The notes beneath the pieces were generated by a model that did no database searches, had not been told where the DNA came from, and saw only the letters and a list, made by a program, of their open reading frames with translations. From positions 1 through 26,128 of the IMG/VR virus record IMGVR_UViG_3300037295_000223: a stretch of DNA of 26,128 nucleotides. One strand, 5' to 3'. This document shows, piece after piece, positions 1-10,331 of the stretch. A program made the translations under genes and the position numbers. How positions within the stretch are numbered: position 1 is the stretch's first letter; every line of letters starts with the position of its first letter. This stretch comes from a virus (lineage: Duplodnaviria > Caudoviricetes).

Positions 1-283
1 CGATAAATCTAAAATCTGCATCTGATGATACTTCGTCCTCAAGATTCATTAATACGTGGGAGTAGTATCCCCATTTACCGGTCAATAGAAAATTGCCAAG
101 TGCGATAAAGAATGTGGACAGATAGTGTTCCCTTCTAGTAGCAATTATATAGTAGGATTTTCTGCATCGAGTTCTAACGTGGTCGAGCTCAGAGGCAGAC
201 AAATTCGACTTGTCTTTCCATCTAACCTTCGCCATCTGTAAAATTGCCCATTCTTGTAATCTTTGAAACCAATTTTTATGCAT
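1..283 (-). CDS. Partial CDS (runs off the left end); probable permuted papain-like NlpC/P60 (YiiX/YaeF-type) amidase/peptidase
   Basis: Hand translation from ATG at 283, 1 nt after the upstream TGA, is open to base 1: MHKNWFQRLQEWAILQMAKVRWKDKSNLSASELDHVRTRCRKSYYIIATRREHYLSTFFIALGNFLLTGKWGYYSHVLMNLEDEVSSDADFRFI. The pattern 'IIATRR...S..I...TG.W.YSHV.M...RFI' fits the His-first half of the permuted papain fold. The catalytic Cys would lie outside the window. Confidence 0.55.
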   Translation of the reverse strand, partial: MHKNWFQRLQEWAILQMAKVRWKDKSNLSASELDHVRTRCRKSYYIIATRREHYLSTFFIALGNFLLTGKWGYYSHVLMNLEDEVSSDADFRFI

Positions 284-284
284 A

Positions 285-1241
285 TCATTCTCCAAAGACC
301 TGGGGCCAAGGTGGCGTACCAGTTAAATAATTGTATGTTAATGGTGTGGCACTCGCAAACATCTGAGCCTTATGCTGTTCGGCAACCGTAAATATGGCGA
401 TATCAGTAGCAGCTACAGCTTGGAAAATTTGGCCAGCAAGGGCCGGTGTCATTTCTACAAATGAGCCCGCCATAGTCTTCCACATAATGCCGGTCGGCAA
501 GTTACTACCCATGATAACCAGGCCGAGTTGCTGAATTCGTGACGACTGGTCAGAATGAAACCAAAAACTCCCGACTTTTACGCCGGCTTGCGTTCTACGA
601 TCTCGCTCGACCTGTATAAGCCTCCAAAGGTCACCTCGAATAGCTGCAAGTGTTGCTGGATCTGTAGCAATTTCTTCATCCGTCATCACATGTATGTTTG
701 GCTCATCTACCCAAGTCCAATTGAAGGGGCCAACTTGAAACGCCCTAACTGGGTCATCAAACACTGGGTTTAGGATCCAGTTAGATGGGTCTGCCAATAT
801 AAGCTCGTTTCCGGCTACCATATCTAAAAGATATGTATAGTTGTTATTTACAGATAGGGTAGATAACAAATTTAAATTCTGACCAGATGTTGTCTCTGCA
901 ATAATAACGGACGAAGATACACCTGTAGTGTTGCTTGTTATTGTGATGGTGTTATCTACCGACTCTACGACTGCTGTCGGTATTGCGGCATTCAATAATG
1001 CAGCAATGTCACTAATTGTTTCGGTGCCTGCAGCATCTATTGTGTAGGTTGTGTATCCAGAATTATCTATATTGACATCTATATCATACAATCCTAAGAG
1101 GTTTGCGGTGGTCGAAGGTGTTAATTCCGGAGTGACATAGTTTCCGATGTTGACGGAATTAAATATAGCAGTTGCTATTCCCGGCGTCGGGTCATCTACT
1201 TCTATCCACGCAAAATTGATCTTATTGAATGCTGTTGTCAT
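285..1241 (-). CDS. Fibre-associated structural protein with C-terminal DUF4376-like domain
   Basis: C-terminal IQVERDRRTQAGVKVGSFWFHSDQSSRIQQLGL...WKTMAGSFVEMT matches the DUF4376 pattern found next to tail fibre genes. The N-terminal half is beta-rich (ISDIAALLNAAI...TITITSNTTG). Starts 1 nt after the upstream stop. Confidence 0.65.
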   Translation of the reverse strand: MTTAFNKINFAWIEVDDPTPGIATAIFNSVNIGNYVTPELTPSTTANLLGLYDIDVNIDNSGYTTYTIDAAGTETISDIAALLNAAIPTAVVESVDNTITITSNTTGVSSSVIIAETTSGQNLNLLSTLSVNNNYTYLLDMVAGNELILADPSNWILNPVFDDPVRAFQVGPFNWTWVDEPNIHVMTDEEIATDPATLAAIRGDLWRLIQVERDRRTQAGVKVGSFWFHSDQSSRIQQLGLVIMGSNLPTGIMWKTMAGSFVEMTPALAGQIFQAVAATDIAIFTVAEQHKAQMFASATPLTYNYLTGTPPWPQVFGE

Positions 1242-1242
1242 A

Positions 1243-2556
1243 TTATATCAATTCCAGAATGTGATAAAACTTGGTCCACGTAATACCTGTGCCGTTAAAT
1301 GTAACTGTCACGTTAAATGACTGATTATTTGCACTGTTGGCCGATGCATTATTGCCCGTTAGTATTGTGTTTGCTAAAATTTCATCGGAAACCAAGTCGC
1401 CTGTCTGTCCTGTGGCCGCTACCCCAGTACCACCAAGATGTATAACACCGTTGAGCGACTGACTAGTTACAGAATTGTTTGCACATAGAACTAATTCTAT
1501 ATAAAACCCAACATCTTGGCCACTAAATAAGTTATTCGAGGAGTCGGACCACATTGTTGTACCACCATACGAAACGGCTATTGTAACTGCCCTGTTGGCG
1601 CCACTTGCGTTTGCCCATAGCCCGGCAAGAGTTAACTTTAGTATTCCTTGTGTTCCGAGCGTGCCCCCCAGTACTGTGTAAGTATAAGTATTTGTCGGCC
1701 CAGCAGTAGTAATGACTGCGTTTGTTGTGGTCTTGTCTAGTATCTGTGCTGTTGTTAACCAGTTTGGTGCAGAATAGTATTCGAACCTAGACAGAGTTGT
1801 ATTATACCGTGTCATCCCGTTGACAGGAGTTGGCCGCTGGGCTGTCGTTCCGCCGGGCAATTCAAGGAACTGAGTGTCGATACTGGCAATATCAGCCCCG
1901 TTTACTTCCCACTTAAACCCTGTAGTTGCATTGCTGGGCGAGCCGCGGCCGCCGAATGCATTTCGGAATTGTGGCGTTGCAAAGCTGCCTGTGCCTACTG
2001 TATCAAATCTTATGTATGGTGCGTCATCATCCCCGTCAATCAATCTAATCCTAGGTGAATTACCGTCATATGAATTTGTAATCCAGGCGCTGACTGCTGC
2101 CGAACCCCGATTGAAATAGACCCTCTGTGCTTCAATTTCGCTGGCACCAGTTGCTACTTCAATGTATACAGTCGAAGTAGCCGGATCAGCGACGCCGCCT
2201 ACTGCTAGGTTCAAATCAGATGTAGTGTTGTTTATCAACAAATAACTACTTGTCGAATTCCAGGTCATACTCGATGATCCGCCGAATGAGCCTGCATTAT
2301 TGAACTGAATGCTATCTACTGGTGCGCCGGGTGAAGAACTACCAGATGACCCAATGGTCGCCCAAGCAGCGCCGGTATCCCTATACCATAGGTTATTTGT
2401 TGTGTCCACGTAGAGTCTGCCTGCAACGCCAAACACTGGGCGTGCAGCAAAGGTGCCGGCCTGGACTGTCGGGGTCGAGCCGGCATTCAGAAGGACATCG
2501 ACACCATTTACATCTGGTGTCTCCAAGAATGAATATTTGCCTAGTACGTCTGCCAT
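1243..2556 (-). CDS. Tail/virion fibre protein
   Basis: Common phage fibre motifs GTFAARP...GRLYVDT...W, SIQFNNAGSFGG and LPGGTTAQRP...GMTRYNTT...EYY; rich in Thr, Gly and Asn. Confidence 0.75.
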   Translation of the reverse strand: MADVLGKYSFLETPDVNGVDVLLNAGSTPTVQAGTFAARPVFGVAGRLYVDTTNNLWYRDTGAAWATIGSSGSSSPGAPVDSIQFNNAGSFGGSSSMTWNSTSSYLLINNTTSDLNLAVGGVADPATSTVYIEVATGASEIEAQRVYFNRGSAAVSAWITNSYDGNSPRIRLIDGDDDAPYIRFDTVGTGSFATPQFRNAFGGRGSPSNATTGFKWEVNGADIASIDTQFLELPGGTTAQRPTPVNGMTRYNTTLSRFEYYSAPNWLTTAQILDKTTTNAVITTAGPTNTYTYTVLGGTLGTQGILKLTLAGLWANASGANRAVTIAVSYGGTTMWSDSSNNLFSGQDVGFYIELVLCANNSVTSQSLNGVIHLGGTGVAATGQTGDLVSDEILANTILTGNNASANSANNQSFNVTVTFNGTGITWTKFYHILELI

Positions 2557-2557
2557 A

Positions 2558-3280
2558 TTATTGAACGGGCCTTAAGTTAGCATTTGCAATGGTATTTGTA
2601 TAAGTGTAGGTTATTGCAGTTCCTGCACCAGTATTTAGCATCGTATTTCCATTTCCCGAAACATCAATGACGGTTGCAACAGTTGTGCCTTGCGAGAGCT
2701 CATCAAAGTCAAATCTTGCCAGTAGGCCATCCACTATACCGTGGCGGGTACCGCGCGAATAGAATATAGTAGTTATTTCACCCAGGGATAATTGCCTCCC
2801 ATAATACGAATATGCGTCTACAGAATATGTACCTGTCTCATCTGTTGTACCGGCCGGTGGATATCCGTTGATGTATACCTGCGTAAATGTACCAGGTACC
2901 GGGGGTACCGAAGAACTGGTCGCAAGCAATACATCATTCCTATAAACTCTGTGATTTGTCCCATCGAATGTGTATGTGATTAGTATCCACTGGCCATTAA
3001 ATGGTGTCATAACAGTGGTGGCACTCTCGACTAGCTGAATTCCGCCGTACGTCCAGCACGAAACTTGGCCGCCGCCGCTGCTTGTGCCAATTTGTAATCC
3101 TGTTGTGGGCGCTGGCGTAACTAGGCCGCCATCATACATCCCCACAAAACTCAGTCTGCGGCCGCCATTCCATGTTGCATTTATCCATACAGATATGCTG
3201 AATGGAACAGTAGATTGCGAAAAATTTGTACTAACGGAGTATAAGTGCCTATCAGTAACACCTGTCATTTGAATTGCCAT
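2558..3280 (-). CDS. LamG/concanavalin A-like lectin domain virion protein
   Basis: FSISVWIN, W.LITYTFDGT..RVYRND, 'Y.RQLSLGEITTIF' and 'GLLARFDFDE..GTTV..DVSGNGN' are LamG_3 hallmarks. Start overlaps the upstream stop (TAATG). Confidence 0.8.
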   Translation of the reverse strand: MAIQMTGVTDRHLYSVSTNFSQSTVPFSISVWINATWNGGRRLSFVGMYDGGLVTPAPTTGLQIGTSSGGGQVSCWTYGGIQLVESATTVMTPFNGQWILITYTFDGTNHRVYRNDVLLATSSSVPPVPGTFTQVYINGYPPAGTTDETGTYSVDAYSYYGRQLSLGEITTIFYSRGTRHGIVDGLLARFDFDELSQGTTVATVIDVSGNGNTMLNTGAGTAITYTYTNTIANANLRPVQ

Positions 3281-4773
3281 TATGCCAATTCCAATGTCAG
3301 TTCAGCCAGTAGATAATTTGCTGCCAAGTTTGTGCCAGTGACTCCGACAACCCTGCGCGTAATTTCAAACTGGTATAGATTGCCGGCAGTTAATCCAAGG
3401 GTGGATAGGTTAATTATCTGATTAGAATACTGAAAGTTTTGATTGGTTGGTATAGATATGTTTGCAAGTTCTTGTGCGGCTGACCATGCAGACACCGCGG
3501 TATTATTACCCAATAACCTATAATAGAGTCTTGGCTGAACAACAGATGCAACACCCGGGGTTGTCTGTGATCTTCCGCGCATTCTTACTGTAAGGGTTGT
3601 GGCACCTGACGGGATAGATACCAGACATGCCACCCCTGTCTCGACAGTATTACTGAAAGATCTAACATTCAATGATGCCCACGTCGGGTCCGACACTGCA
3701 GCAGCTAAGGAGTTTATGACAAAATCGGAGTTAACAGGTGTATCTAATGAATTTGCAAAAAATGTAAATCTGGAACCTATAGTAATATTCGTAGTCCCGG
3801 AGCCAGCGTCTGTCACGCCCACTGCCTGACCTCTGAAGTTTAGTCTAGTTGCTGATGCGGATATTGTAACGCCCTCATATGCCGTAATGACCGAAGAAGG
3901 TGTTGACCCACCTGCAACGAGAGCGGAGCCCTGTGCAACCACAACCACTTTGATTGTCCTGGTATTGCCTGTTACCTGTATTCTCACAGTATTACTGTTC
4001 AGGGTAGTCAATTCATTAGCAATAACTACTGCATCGTTATTTGTGTCCCATAGTGTAACTACAACGTTAGTCGTACCTAAATTATGTACGAAATCTGCAC
4101 GATATCTGTTGCCAGATACCAATGTCCATACAGTACCGCCGCCGGTGGGTGAAACACCCACAGTACCAGATGCATTACCAGCTAACACATTTGTCCACGA
4201 TGGCGTCGAGCCATTGGATGTAAGAACTGTGTTGTTGGCCCCGATAGCAAGTTTCGAAAGTGCTGTAGTACCACTAGCAAAAAGTACATCGCCAACAGCA
4301 TAGACAGTTTGGCCGGTGCCACCACGGTTGGCAGCAATTGTAGTGGCAGCCCACGTGCCCGTAGAAATTGTACCCAATGTTGTGATGGATGCCTGGCCTA
4401 CATATGCAGTCGAAATGTCAACTGTCGGATTACCCGAGACCCCGCTTCCGTTTGTAACTGTAACTCTGTTTGTTGTGCCGGTAATGGTCCTTGCAGCATA
4501 TACGCCTGGAGAAGTCTGGGTAAGTATACCAGTCCCTGTGAGATTATTCAGGTTATTCATTGCAGAGCTACCGAACGTCTGCCACTGTACTGCTACCCCG
4601 TTATAATATTCTAATACCGTGTTGGTAGTATTGAAGCGAATATATCCAGACGCCGGCAAAGCAGGGCGCTGGGCTGTAGTACCAGACGGAATGAACAGGG
4701 CACCGGTACTGTCGATTATCAGGGATGTACTTTTGGTCGGTGTTATCGTTTCCGTTGTTGAATCAAAGTCCAT
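3280..4773 (-). CDS. Tail/virion fibre protein (MDFD/MDFN N-terminal family)
   Basis: N-terminus MDFDSTTETITP...IPSGTTAQRP...GYIRFNT...EYYNG, plus ANRGGTGQT.Y.VGD.LFA and HNLGT motifs; paralogous to the two upstream fibres. Confidence 0.8.
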   Translation of the reverse strand: MDFDSTTETITPTKSTSLIIDSTGALFIPSGTTAQRPALPASGYIRFNTTNTVLEYYNGVAVQWQTFGSSAMNNLNNLTGTGILTQTSPGVYAARTITGTTNRVTVTNGSGVSGNPTVDISTAYVGQASITTLGTISTGTWAATTIAANRGGTGQTVYAVGDVLFASGTTALSKLAIGANNTVLTSNGSTPSWTNVLAGNASGTVGVSPTGGGTVWTLVSGNRYRADFVHNLGTTNVVVTLWDTNNDAVVIANELTTLNSNTVRIQVTGNTRTIKVVVVAQGSALVAGGSTPSSVITAYEGVTISASATRLNFRGQAVGVTDAGSGTTNITIGSRFTFFANSLDTPVNSDFVINSLAAAVSDPTWASLNVRSFSNTVETGVACLVSIPSGATTLTVRMRGRSQTTPGVASVVQPRLYYRLLGNNTAVSAWSAAQELANISIPTNQNFQYSNQIINLSTLGLTAGNLYQFEITRRVVGVTGTNLAANYLLAELTLELA

Positions 4774-4796
4774 GCATGTTCCCCATTAACTACCTA

Positions 4797-4804
4797 TATT
4801 TATC
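4797..4804 (-). promoter_or_regulatory. Putative late promoter GATAAATA
   Basis: TGATAAATA directly follows the upstream TAA and lies about 24 nt before the ATG at 4773; resembles the T4 late promoter TATAAATA. Confidence 0.65.
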
Positions 4805-4805
4805 A

Positions 4806-7547
4806 TTAGTTAGTTACTTGTGTAATTTCGAGTGATGCGGCCCAGCGGATTGTCTGGCCGGCGGCGCCCCTGACCGTGATCTGTAGTGCGCCGTTTGTGG
4901 TATCAGCAGTGACTGTACAATTAAATGACGTAGTTGACTCATCAATAGTTGTCCTCGATGACCCCTGAAGTGTAGTCGATGCCGCAGTTGCATCTCTGGT
5001 GATACCCCCTTGGAATGAATACATAGCCCAGCCAGCTACGTCTGTTCTGCGACCAGCGACCTTGATCGTAAATGTCCAGGCGCTGTTGTTTGGCATTACA
5101 ATTCGCTGGGTGCTGCCGTCAATAAATAACGGAGTATCGGTCGCATTTGTTGTAATATTCCTGGCCATAACTTTAATAGTTTGGCAGTCGCCGGCATTAG
5201 TGAAGTCACCGTTAGCAAAGGCGTGGATGTTAGCTACGTTAGCCAATGCACCTGCGCCTAGTGCATAGGTATTCGCCGCTGTCGCTGCCGAATCCGAACC
5301 AACAGCGACCGAGTTTGCGCCAGACGCAATCGGTGTAGTCGGGGAAGATGGGCTTTCTCTGTATAGTTGCAATGCATTGGATATATCATTGAACACCATA
5401 GCTCTGAATGTGGGGACGGCTGCGCCACCTGTTGTTGGTCCAGAGAACACCGTATTAGCGGTTTGCGTATTCAGTGCGCCGGTTAATGTTCCGGATGTAG
5501 TTACTGGAGAGCCAGTAACTGTAAATATTGAAGGTAATGATAGTCCAACCGATGTAACAGTGCCGTTATTGGCTGCTGCAATGGTTAACACACCTGCAGA
5601 CGGAGTAATAGAGATCCCAGTTCCTGCAGTAAGTGTCTTATATTCTAGCCCTGTTGCAGCGGCATTTACACCGAGTATTTGATTCGATGTACCTAATGCT
5701 GTTAGGCCTGTTCCACCATTCGCAACAGTGTTCGGGCCGCCAGACGTCACCCTACCAAATGTGTCTGTTGTCACTTGGCCATATGTGCCAGCAGTTCCTG
5801 CAGTAGCAAGGTTGACAGTGACCGCACCAGTTGCGGCCGATGCCGTAATATTCCCTGCCGTACCTGCCAGAGATACTACACCGGTGTTATTAATTGTTAT
5901 GGAACCTGCAGCATTTGTGATACCAATGGCGGTCCCAGCTGTAAGTAAGGCTCTGGTAAATCCTGTCCCGTTGCCGATGTCAATTTGTCCGTTTGCGGGG
6001 GCAGCCGACAAACCTGTTCCACCGTTAGCTACCGGTAATACTCCGGCGACGTCAGTCGTAAGTGTTACTTTACCCCAAGCTGGGGCGACGCTAACTCCGC
6101 CGGAACGTAACACGTTTCCTGTCGCAATGTCTGCAAGCCTTGCTAGCGTAGTTGTCGTGTTTGCAAAAAGAATATCACCGACAACATATGTAGTCTGCCC
6201 AGTTCCACCTAATGTGGCCAGTACTGGCGAAGTCAATGAAAATTGGTTGCCAGTTAATGTTAACCCTGTTCCAGCTGTATATGAGCCCGATCCCGAAAAT
6301 TGTACCCAAGTTATACTCGTTGTGCCAATTGTTATGGGTGCATTGGCTGTTTGGACCCATCCCGAGTCTGCATTGGTTGTACCTTGGTCAACTAATACCG
6401 ATGCTCCGACAAGCTCTGGGCCAGTATTTGCATCATCGGCTCTCACAGGAGCACCGGAAGCTTGGACTACATAGATGCCGTTTTGACTTTGTGTCGTCTG
6501 ATTCTTAATAAGTATTCTGTTACCTGTTGCTAGTGTTACGCCATCAATGGTCTGGCCGTTTGCAAACGATGTCGCAAGTGTACCGTTCACTGTTGTGGCT
6601 GTTCTTACCGCCTGCTTCCATGACAAGCCTGCAATAGCTGCATCAACATAGTTCTTATTTGTCGCATCCGTTCCGGCCACTGGTGGATTCGGTAACGTTA
6701 TTTGAGTTGAGACTCCCGACATAACAAGGTTGCCGGTCATCGTATCGCCAATTACATTAACATATGTCGAATCTAATATTGGCGTAAGATCGCCCACAAC
6801 TACCGCGCTTGTTGCTGAAGTCCTGCCAAAAGTATCAGTTGTGATCTTCACAAATTGGTTAGATACCGGAGTCCCAATGGTGGCCAATGTCACTGTTGGG
6901 TTACCCGCAGTGCCACTACCGTCTGTAATAACTATCGTGCCTGAAGTGCCCGTAATGGTTCTTGTGGTGGCAGCGCCTGCTGCTGTTTGCGCTAGTATAC
7001 CCGTTCCAGTTGCGACTGCACCGGACGTTACTCTACCAAAAGCATCAGTTGTCGAATACAAGTATGTGCCAGAAGTTCCTGCAGTAGCAAGGTCGACCGT
7101 CGGGTCACCGGAAACACCAGTACCGTTAGTTACAATAATATTGCTCGCAGTACCTGCGATAGACCTCGAGCTATATGTGCCGGCACCGGTTCTCACAACT
7201 AATCCTGTTGCGGAAAGTCCGGATAGTCCCTGTAATTCTGTGCCCAGCGTTAGTGTTATTGTTCCGCTTGATGTGATAGGTGAGCCGCTTACTGATAGTC
7301 CTGTCGATCCAGCTACGGCCACAGAACTTACAGTGCCTGTGCCAGACCCCATCGGGCTCCATGATCCATTAATATAGCTTTCGATATTATTAATGTCTGT
7401 GTTATATCTCATCGCACCATTATCTAATCCCGTTACCGGGCGGGCTGATGTGCCTCCAGTGGGGAGCTCAATGGCACCAGTGCCACCAATGGTAAGGATA
7501 TCGGTTTCATCTGGGGTGATTGTTTCTGTTGAGAAATTAAAGTCCAT
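4806..7547 (-). CDS. Long Thr/Gly-rich fibre protein (913 aa)
   Basis: MDFNF N-terminus, three TTDxFGR repeats, a DATNKNYVD...GLSWKQAV...NQT..QNGIYVV module, GGTG repeats, short YadA-head-like VAVGSDSAA repeats and a C-terminal beta domain ending EITQVTN. Confidence 0.85.
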   Translation of the reverse strand: MDFNFSTETITPDETDILTIGGTGAIELPTGGTSARPVTGLDNGAMRYNTDINNIESYINGSWSPMGSGTGTVSSVAVAGSTGLSVSGSPITSSGTITLTLGTELQGLSGLSATGLVVRTGAGTYSSRSIAGTASNIIVTNGTGVSGDPTVDLATAGTSGTYLYSTTDAFGRVTSGAVATGTGILAQTAAGAATTRTITGTSGTIVITDGSGTAGNPTVTLATIGTPVSNQFVKITTDTFGRTSATSAVVVGDLTPILDSTYVNVIGDTMTGNLVMSGVSTQITLPNPPVAGTDATNKNYVDAAIAGLSWKQAVRTATTVNGTLATSFANGQTIDGVTLATGNRILIKNQTTQSQNGIYVVQASGAPVRADDANTGPELVGASVLVDQGTTNADSGWVQTANAPITIGTTSITWVQFSGSGSYTAGTGLTLTGNQFSLTSPVLATLGGTGQTTYVVGDILFANTTTTLARLADIATGNVLRSGGVSVAPAWGKVTLTTDVAGVLPVANGGTGLSAAPANGQIDIGNGTGFTRALLTAGTAIGITNAAGSITINNTGVVSLAGTAGNITASAATGAVTVNLATAGTAGTYGQVTTDTFGRVTSGGPNTVANGGTGLTALGTSNQILGVNAAATGLEYKTLTAGTGISITPSAGVLTIAAANNGTVTSVGLSLPSIFTVTGSPVTTSGTLTGALNTQTANTVFSGPTTGGAAVPTFRAMVFNDISNALQLYRESPSSPTTPIASGANSVAVGSDSAATAANTYALGAGALANVANIHAFANGDFTNAGDCQTIKVMARNITTNATDTPLFIDGSTQRIVMPNNSAWTFTIKVAGRRTDVAGWAMYSFQGGITRDATAASTTLQGSSRTTIDESTTSFNCTVTADTTNGALQITVRGAAGQTIRWAASLEITQVTN

Positions 7548-7571
7548 GACATTCCTTATAGTATTGTGTAT

Positions 7572-7579
7572 TATTTATC
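7572..7579 (-). promoter_or_regulatory. Putative late promoter GATAAATA
   Basis: TGATAAATA sits between the terminator and the ATG at 7547, which has an AAGGA Shine-Dalgarno. Confidence 0.7.
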
Positions 7580-7592
7580 ATTTTCATAGGAG

Positions 7593-7619
7593 AAATAAGA
7601 AAGCCCACAGAAGTGGGCT
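7593..7619 (-). terminator. Rho-independent terminator
   Basis: Minus strand reads AGCCCAC-TTCT-GTGGGCT followed by TTCTTATTT, about 20 nt after the stop at 7639. Confidence 0.8.
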
Positions 7620-7638
7620 GCCTTTAAACTAGTATAAT

Positions 7639-10317
7639 TTAGTTTGTTACTTCAGTTGTCCTTACAGTAGCAACCCAGTTAGCATTTTTGCCAGCTTCAC
7701 CACGGACTTCCAATGTGATAGAGCCGTTAGTGGTGTCTGATACAATTCTTGCATCCCACGGGGTGTTTGTTTCGCCTATGACAGTTTTCGACGGTGTTCC
7801 GACGAATGTCATTGACCCAGGCGTGGCATCCTTTCTTGCGACGCCGACGAATCTGTAGCCTGCGCCACCGCCAACTGCATCTGTTCTGCGGCCAGCAACA
7901 AGAATATCAAATACAAACACAGAGTTATTTGGCAATACAAGGCGCTCTGTTGCTGCTACCCCGTCCAAATACAGCTCTGTATATACTGCATCAGTGGTCA
8001 CATTTCTCAACACATATGTACCCATTTGGGCATCACCGGCAGTTGCGAACGAACCGTTTGCATATGCTTGTTGTCCAAAAATTCTTGCATTAGATCCGGC
8101 GCCCTGTGCAAAGGATCCTGCTGCACTTGCGAGTGATCCCGAACCAATTGCAACGGCGTTTGTGCCTGTTGCAGATGGTGCTGTTGGGGTTGATGGATTC
8201 TCAGTGTATAACTGTAGTGCTGTTCCTAGGTCATCTAATGTCAATGCACGGAATGTCGGTACCGATGGGCCTGCGGTTGTTGGGCCGGCGAACACTGTGT
8301 TTGCAGTCTGAGTATTCAATGCAAAGTCAAGCGTACCGGTTGTTGTGACTGGCGAGCCCGAAACAGTAAATATCGACGGTGCTGTCAACGCTACCGATGT
8401 AACACCAGTATTATTGAATGTTACGACGTTAGCACCGTGGACAATACTCATGCCTGTTCCTGCAGATAGTGTCTTGTACTCGGATGCCGTGCCTGCAGCG
8501 TTAACGCCGAGGACTGTATCGGCAGCGCCGAGTGCTGTCAGACCAGTACCGCCATTTGCCGGGTTTAATATACCGGCAAGTGTTACTGCACCAGTTGTGG
8601 CGGTTGACGGTGTAAACCCTGTGGATCCAGCACTAAATGATGTTACAACTTCTGTAGAATCTACATCAATCGTGATCGTGCCGGCCGTGTTAGTAACTGT
8701 GACACCTGTACCACCGACAATTGTGCCAGCAACCGGCGCATTGCCTGTTGATCCGATTAGGATTTGCCCGTTCGTCAATGCTGCTGTAGACACGACCTGG
8801 CCGCCAGTTGTCACATATAGTGCCGAATTCGGTGTAAGAGTGTCAACAGTCAATGTAGATGTTACTTGCAGTGAGCCCGGAAGAATCACTGTTGCAGGTA
8901 AAGTCAGGACCACATTACCAACTGTCGGCGCAGCAGTAATCTGGTTCGCTGTGCCTGTAACCGATGTAACAAGGTCAGCAGGATCAACATCAATTGTGAT
9001 AGTGCCGGCAGCATTTGTAACAGTAACACCTGTGCCACCAGTGATGGTGCCTAGTGCAAATCCTGCACCATTGCCAATCAATAACTGGCCATTTCCCGCT
9101 GACGATGTGTCTAGACCGGTGCCGCCGTTTACGTTTGTAACTGGAGCAGTAAGAGAGAACACTGTACCAGTCAATGTCAGCCCGTTGCCCGCTGTATATC
9201 CACCAGCCGCTGCAAATTGTGCAAACAGTACTGGACTTACACCCACTGTTGTCACAACTTCGGTCTGAACCCAGGCTGTGTCATTTTGAGTTGCTCCGTT
9301 TGCTGCGAATACTGCTGCTCCGATAAATTCGTTCGGGACTACAGCATCCATGTCGGCTGCGCGAATCCATGTCCCTGCTGCAACATCATAAATGCCGTTA
9401 TCTGCAGTGGTGGTTTGGTCCTTAACAATGACTCTATCGCCGGCTACAGTTTGGTAGCCATCAACGACCAACAAGCCGCCCGTAGTAAGGTCGATATTAC
9501 CAGTCGATGCTGCTGCTGCTGCTTGCTTCCACGATAGTCCGTTTGCAATAGAGTCAACATATAGTTTCGATGCTGCTGCCGTGTCGCCTGACGGTGTTGC
9601 TGGTAGACCTAAAATTTCACCGCCGCCTACGAATGTCAAATTCGCACCTGAACTCATTGTATCGCCACTTATGTTTACATAAGTTGTATCCACTAAGGTG
9701 GTGATGTCTGAAGTTACGACCGGAGTCGTTGCAGAAACTCTACCAAATGTGTCAGTTGTAATCTTCACAAACGATGCAGATACCGGTGTGCCCAATGTGT
9801 CTAGTGTGATAGTTGGATTTCCGGCGACGCCGTCACCATTTGAAACTACGATAGTTCCTACAGTTCCAGTTACTGTAGCAGACCCCCATGTGTCGGGCCC
9901 TGTTGCAACAAGGATACCGGTTGTGGCAAATGCGCCAAGTGCCTCGAGTCCAGCGTCAAGTGTGAACTGAAATGTGCCTGCACTAGTAATTGGTGAACCA
10001 GAAATAGTCAGCGAAGTTGAGTTAGAGTTAGCGGCTACCGATGTAACTGAGCCCGAAGCTGTGGACAGTTGTTCCCAAATGGTTCCGTTAAAATACTCTA
10101 GTAAGTTAAAGGAGGTGCTGTAGCGAAACATACCTGCCAGATCCGTGCCGCCGGCGGCACCAGGTCTAGCTGTAGTAAGGCCCTGTGGGAGAGTCAGCGC
10201 GCCGCTGCCAATGATTGTTAGGACGTTTGCTGGTCCAGAGCCTAGAGGCGCTAGAGTAGTCACATCCAATGTAGCAAGGCCGCCTTCAATCGCGCCTGTA
10301 TCAAAATTAAAATCCAT
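7639..10317 (-). CDS. Long Thr/Gly-rich fibre protein (892 aa), full-length paralogue of 4806..7547
   Basis: Same module order: MDFNF, GLTTARP...RY, FVKITTDTFGR, SKLYVD..GLSWKQA, GGTG repeats, LNTQTANTVF.GPT, ALQLY.E, AVAIGSGSLA, and a C-terminus ending EVTN. Confidence 0.85.
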   Translation of the reverse strand: MDFNFDTGAIEGGLATLDVTTLAPLGSGPANVLTIIGSGALTLPQGLTTARPGAAGGTDLAGMFRYSTSFNLLEYFNGTIWEQLSTASGSVTSVAANSNSTSLTISGSPITSAGTFQFTLDAGLEALGAFATTGILVATGPDTWGSATVTGTVGTIVVSNGDGVAGNPTITLDTLGTPVSASFVKITTDTFGRVSATTPVVTSDITTLVDTTYVNISGDTMSSGANLTFVGGGEILGLPATPSGDTAAASKLYVDSIANGLSWKQAAAAASTGNIDLTTGGLLVVDGYQTVAGDRVIVKDQTTTADNGIYDVAAGTWIRAADMDAVVPNEFIGAAVFAANGATQNDTAWVQTEVVTTVGVSPVLFAQFAAAGGYTAGNGLTLTGTVFSLTAPVTNVNGGTGLDTSSAGNGQLLIGNGAGFALGTITGGTGVTVTNAAGTITIDVDPADLVTSVTGTANQITAAPTVGNVVLTLPATVILPGSLQVTSTLTVDTLTPNSALYVTTGGQVVSTAALTNGQILIGSTGNAPVAGTIVGGTGVTVTNTAGTITIDVDSTEVVTSFSAGSTGFTPSTATTGAVTLAGILNPANGGTGLTALGAADTVLGVNAAGTASEYKTLSAGTGMSIVHGANVVTFNNTGVTSVALTAPSIFTVSGSPVTTTGTLDFALNTQTANTVFAGPTTAGPSVPTFRALTLDDLGTALQLYTENPSTPTAPSATGTNAVAIGSGSLASAAGSFAQGAGSNARIFGQQAYANGSFATAGDAQMGTYVLRNVTTDAVYTELYLDGVAATERLVLPNNSVFVFDILVAGRRTDAVGGGAGYRFVGVARKDATPGSMTFVGTPSKTVIGETNTPWDARIVSDTTNGSITLEVRGEAGKNANWVATVRTTEVTN

Positions 10318-10331
10318 TTTTGTTATTTTCC

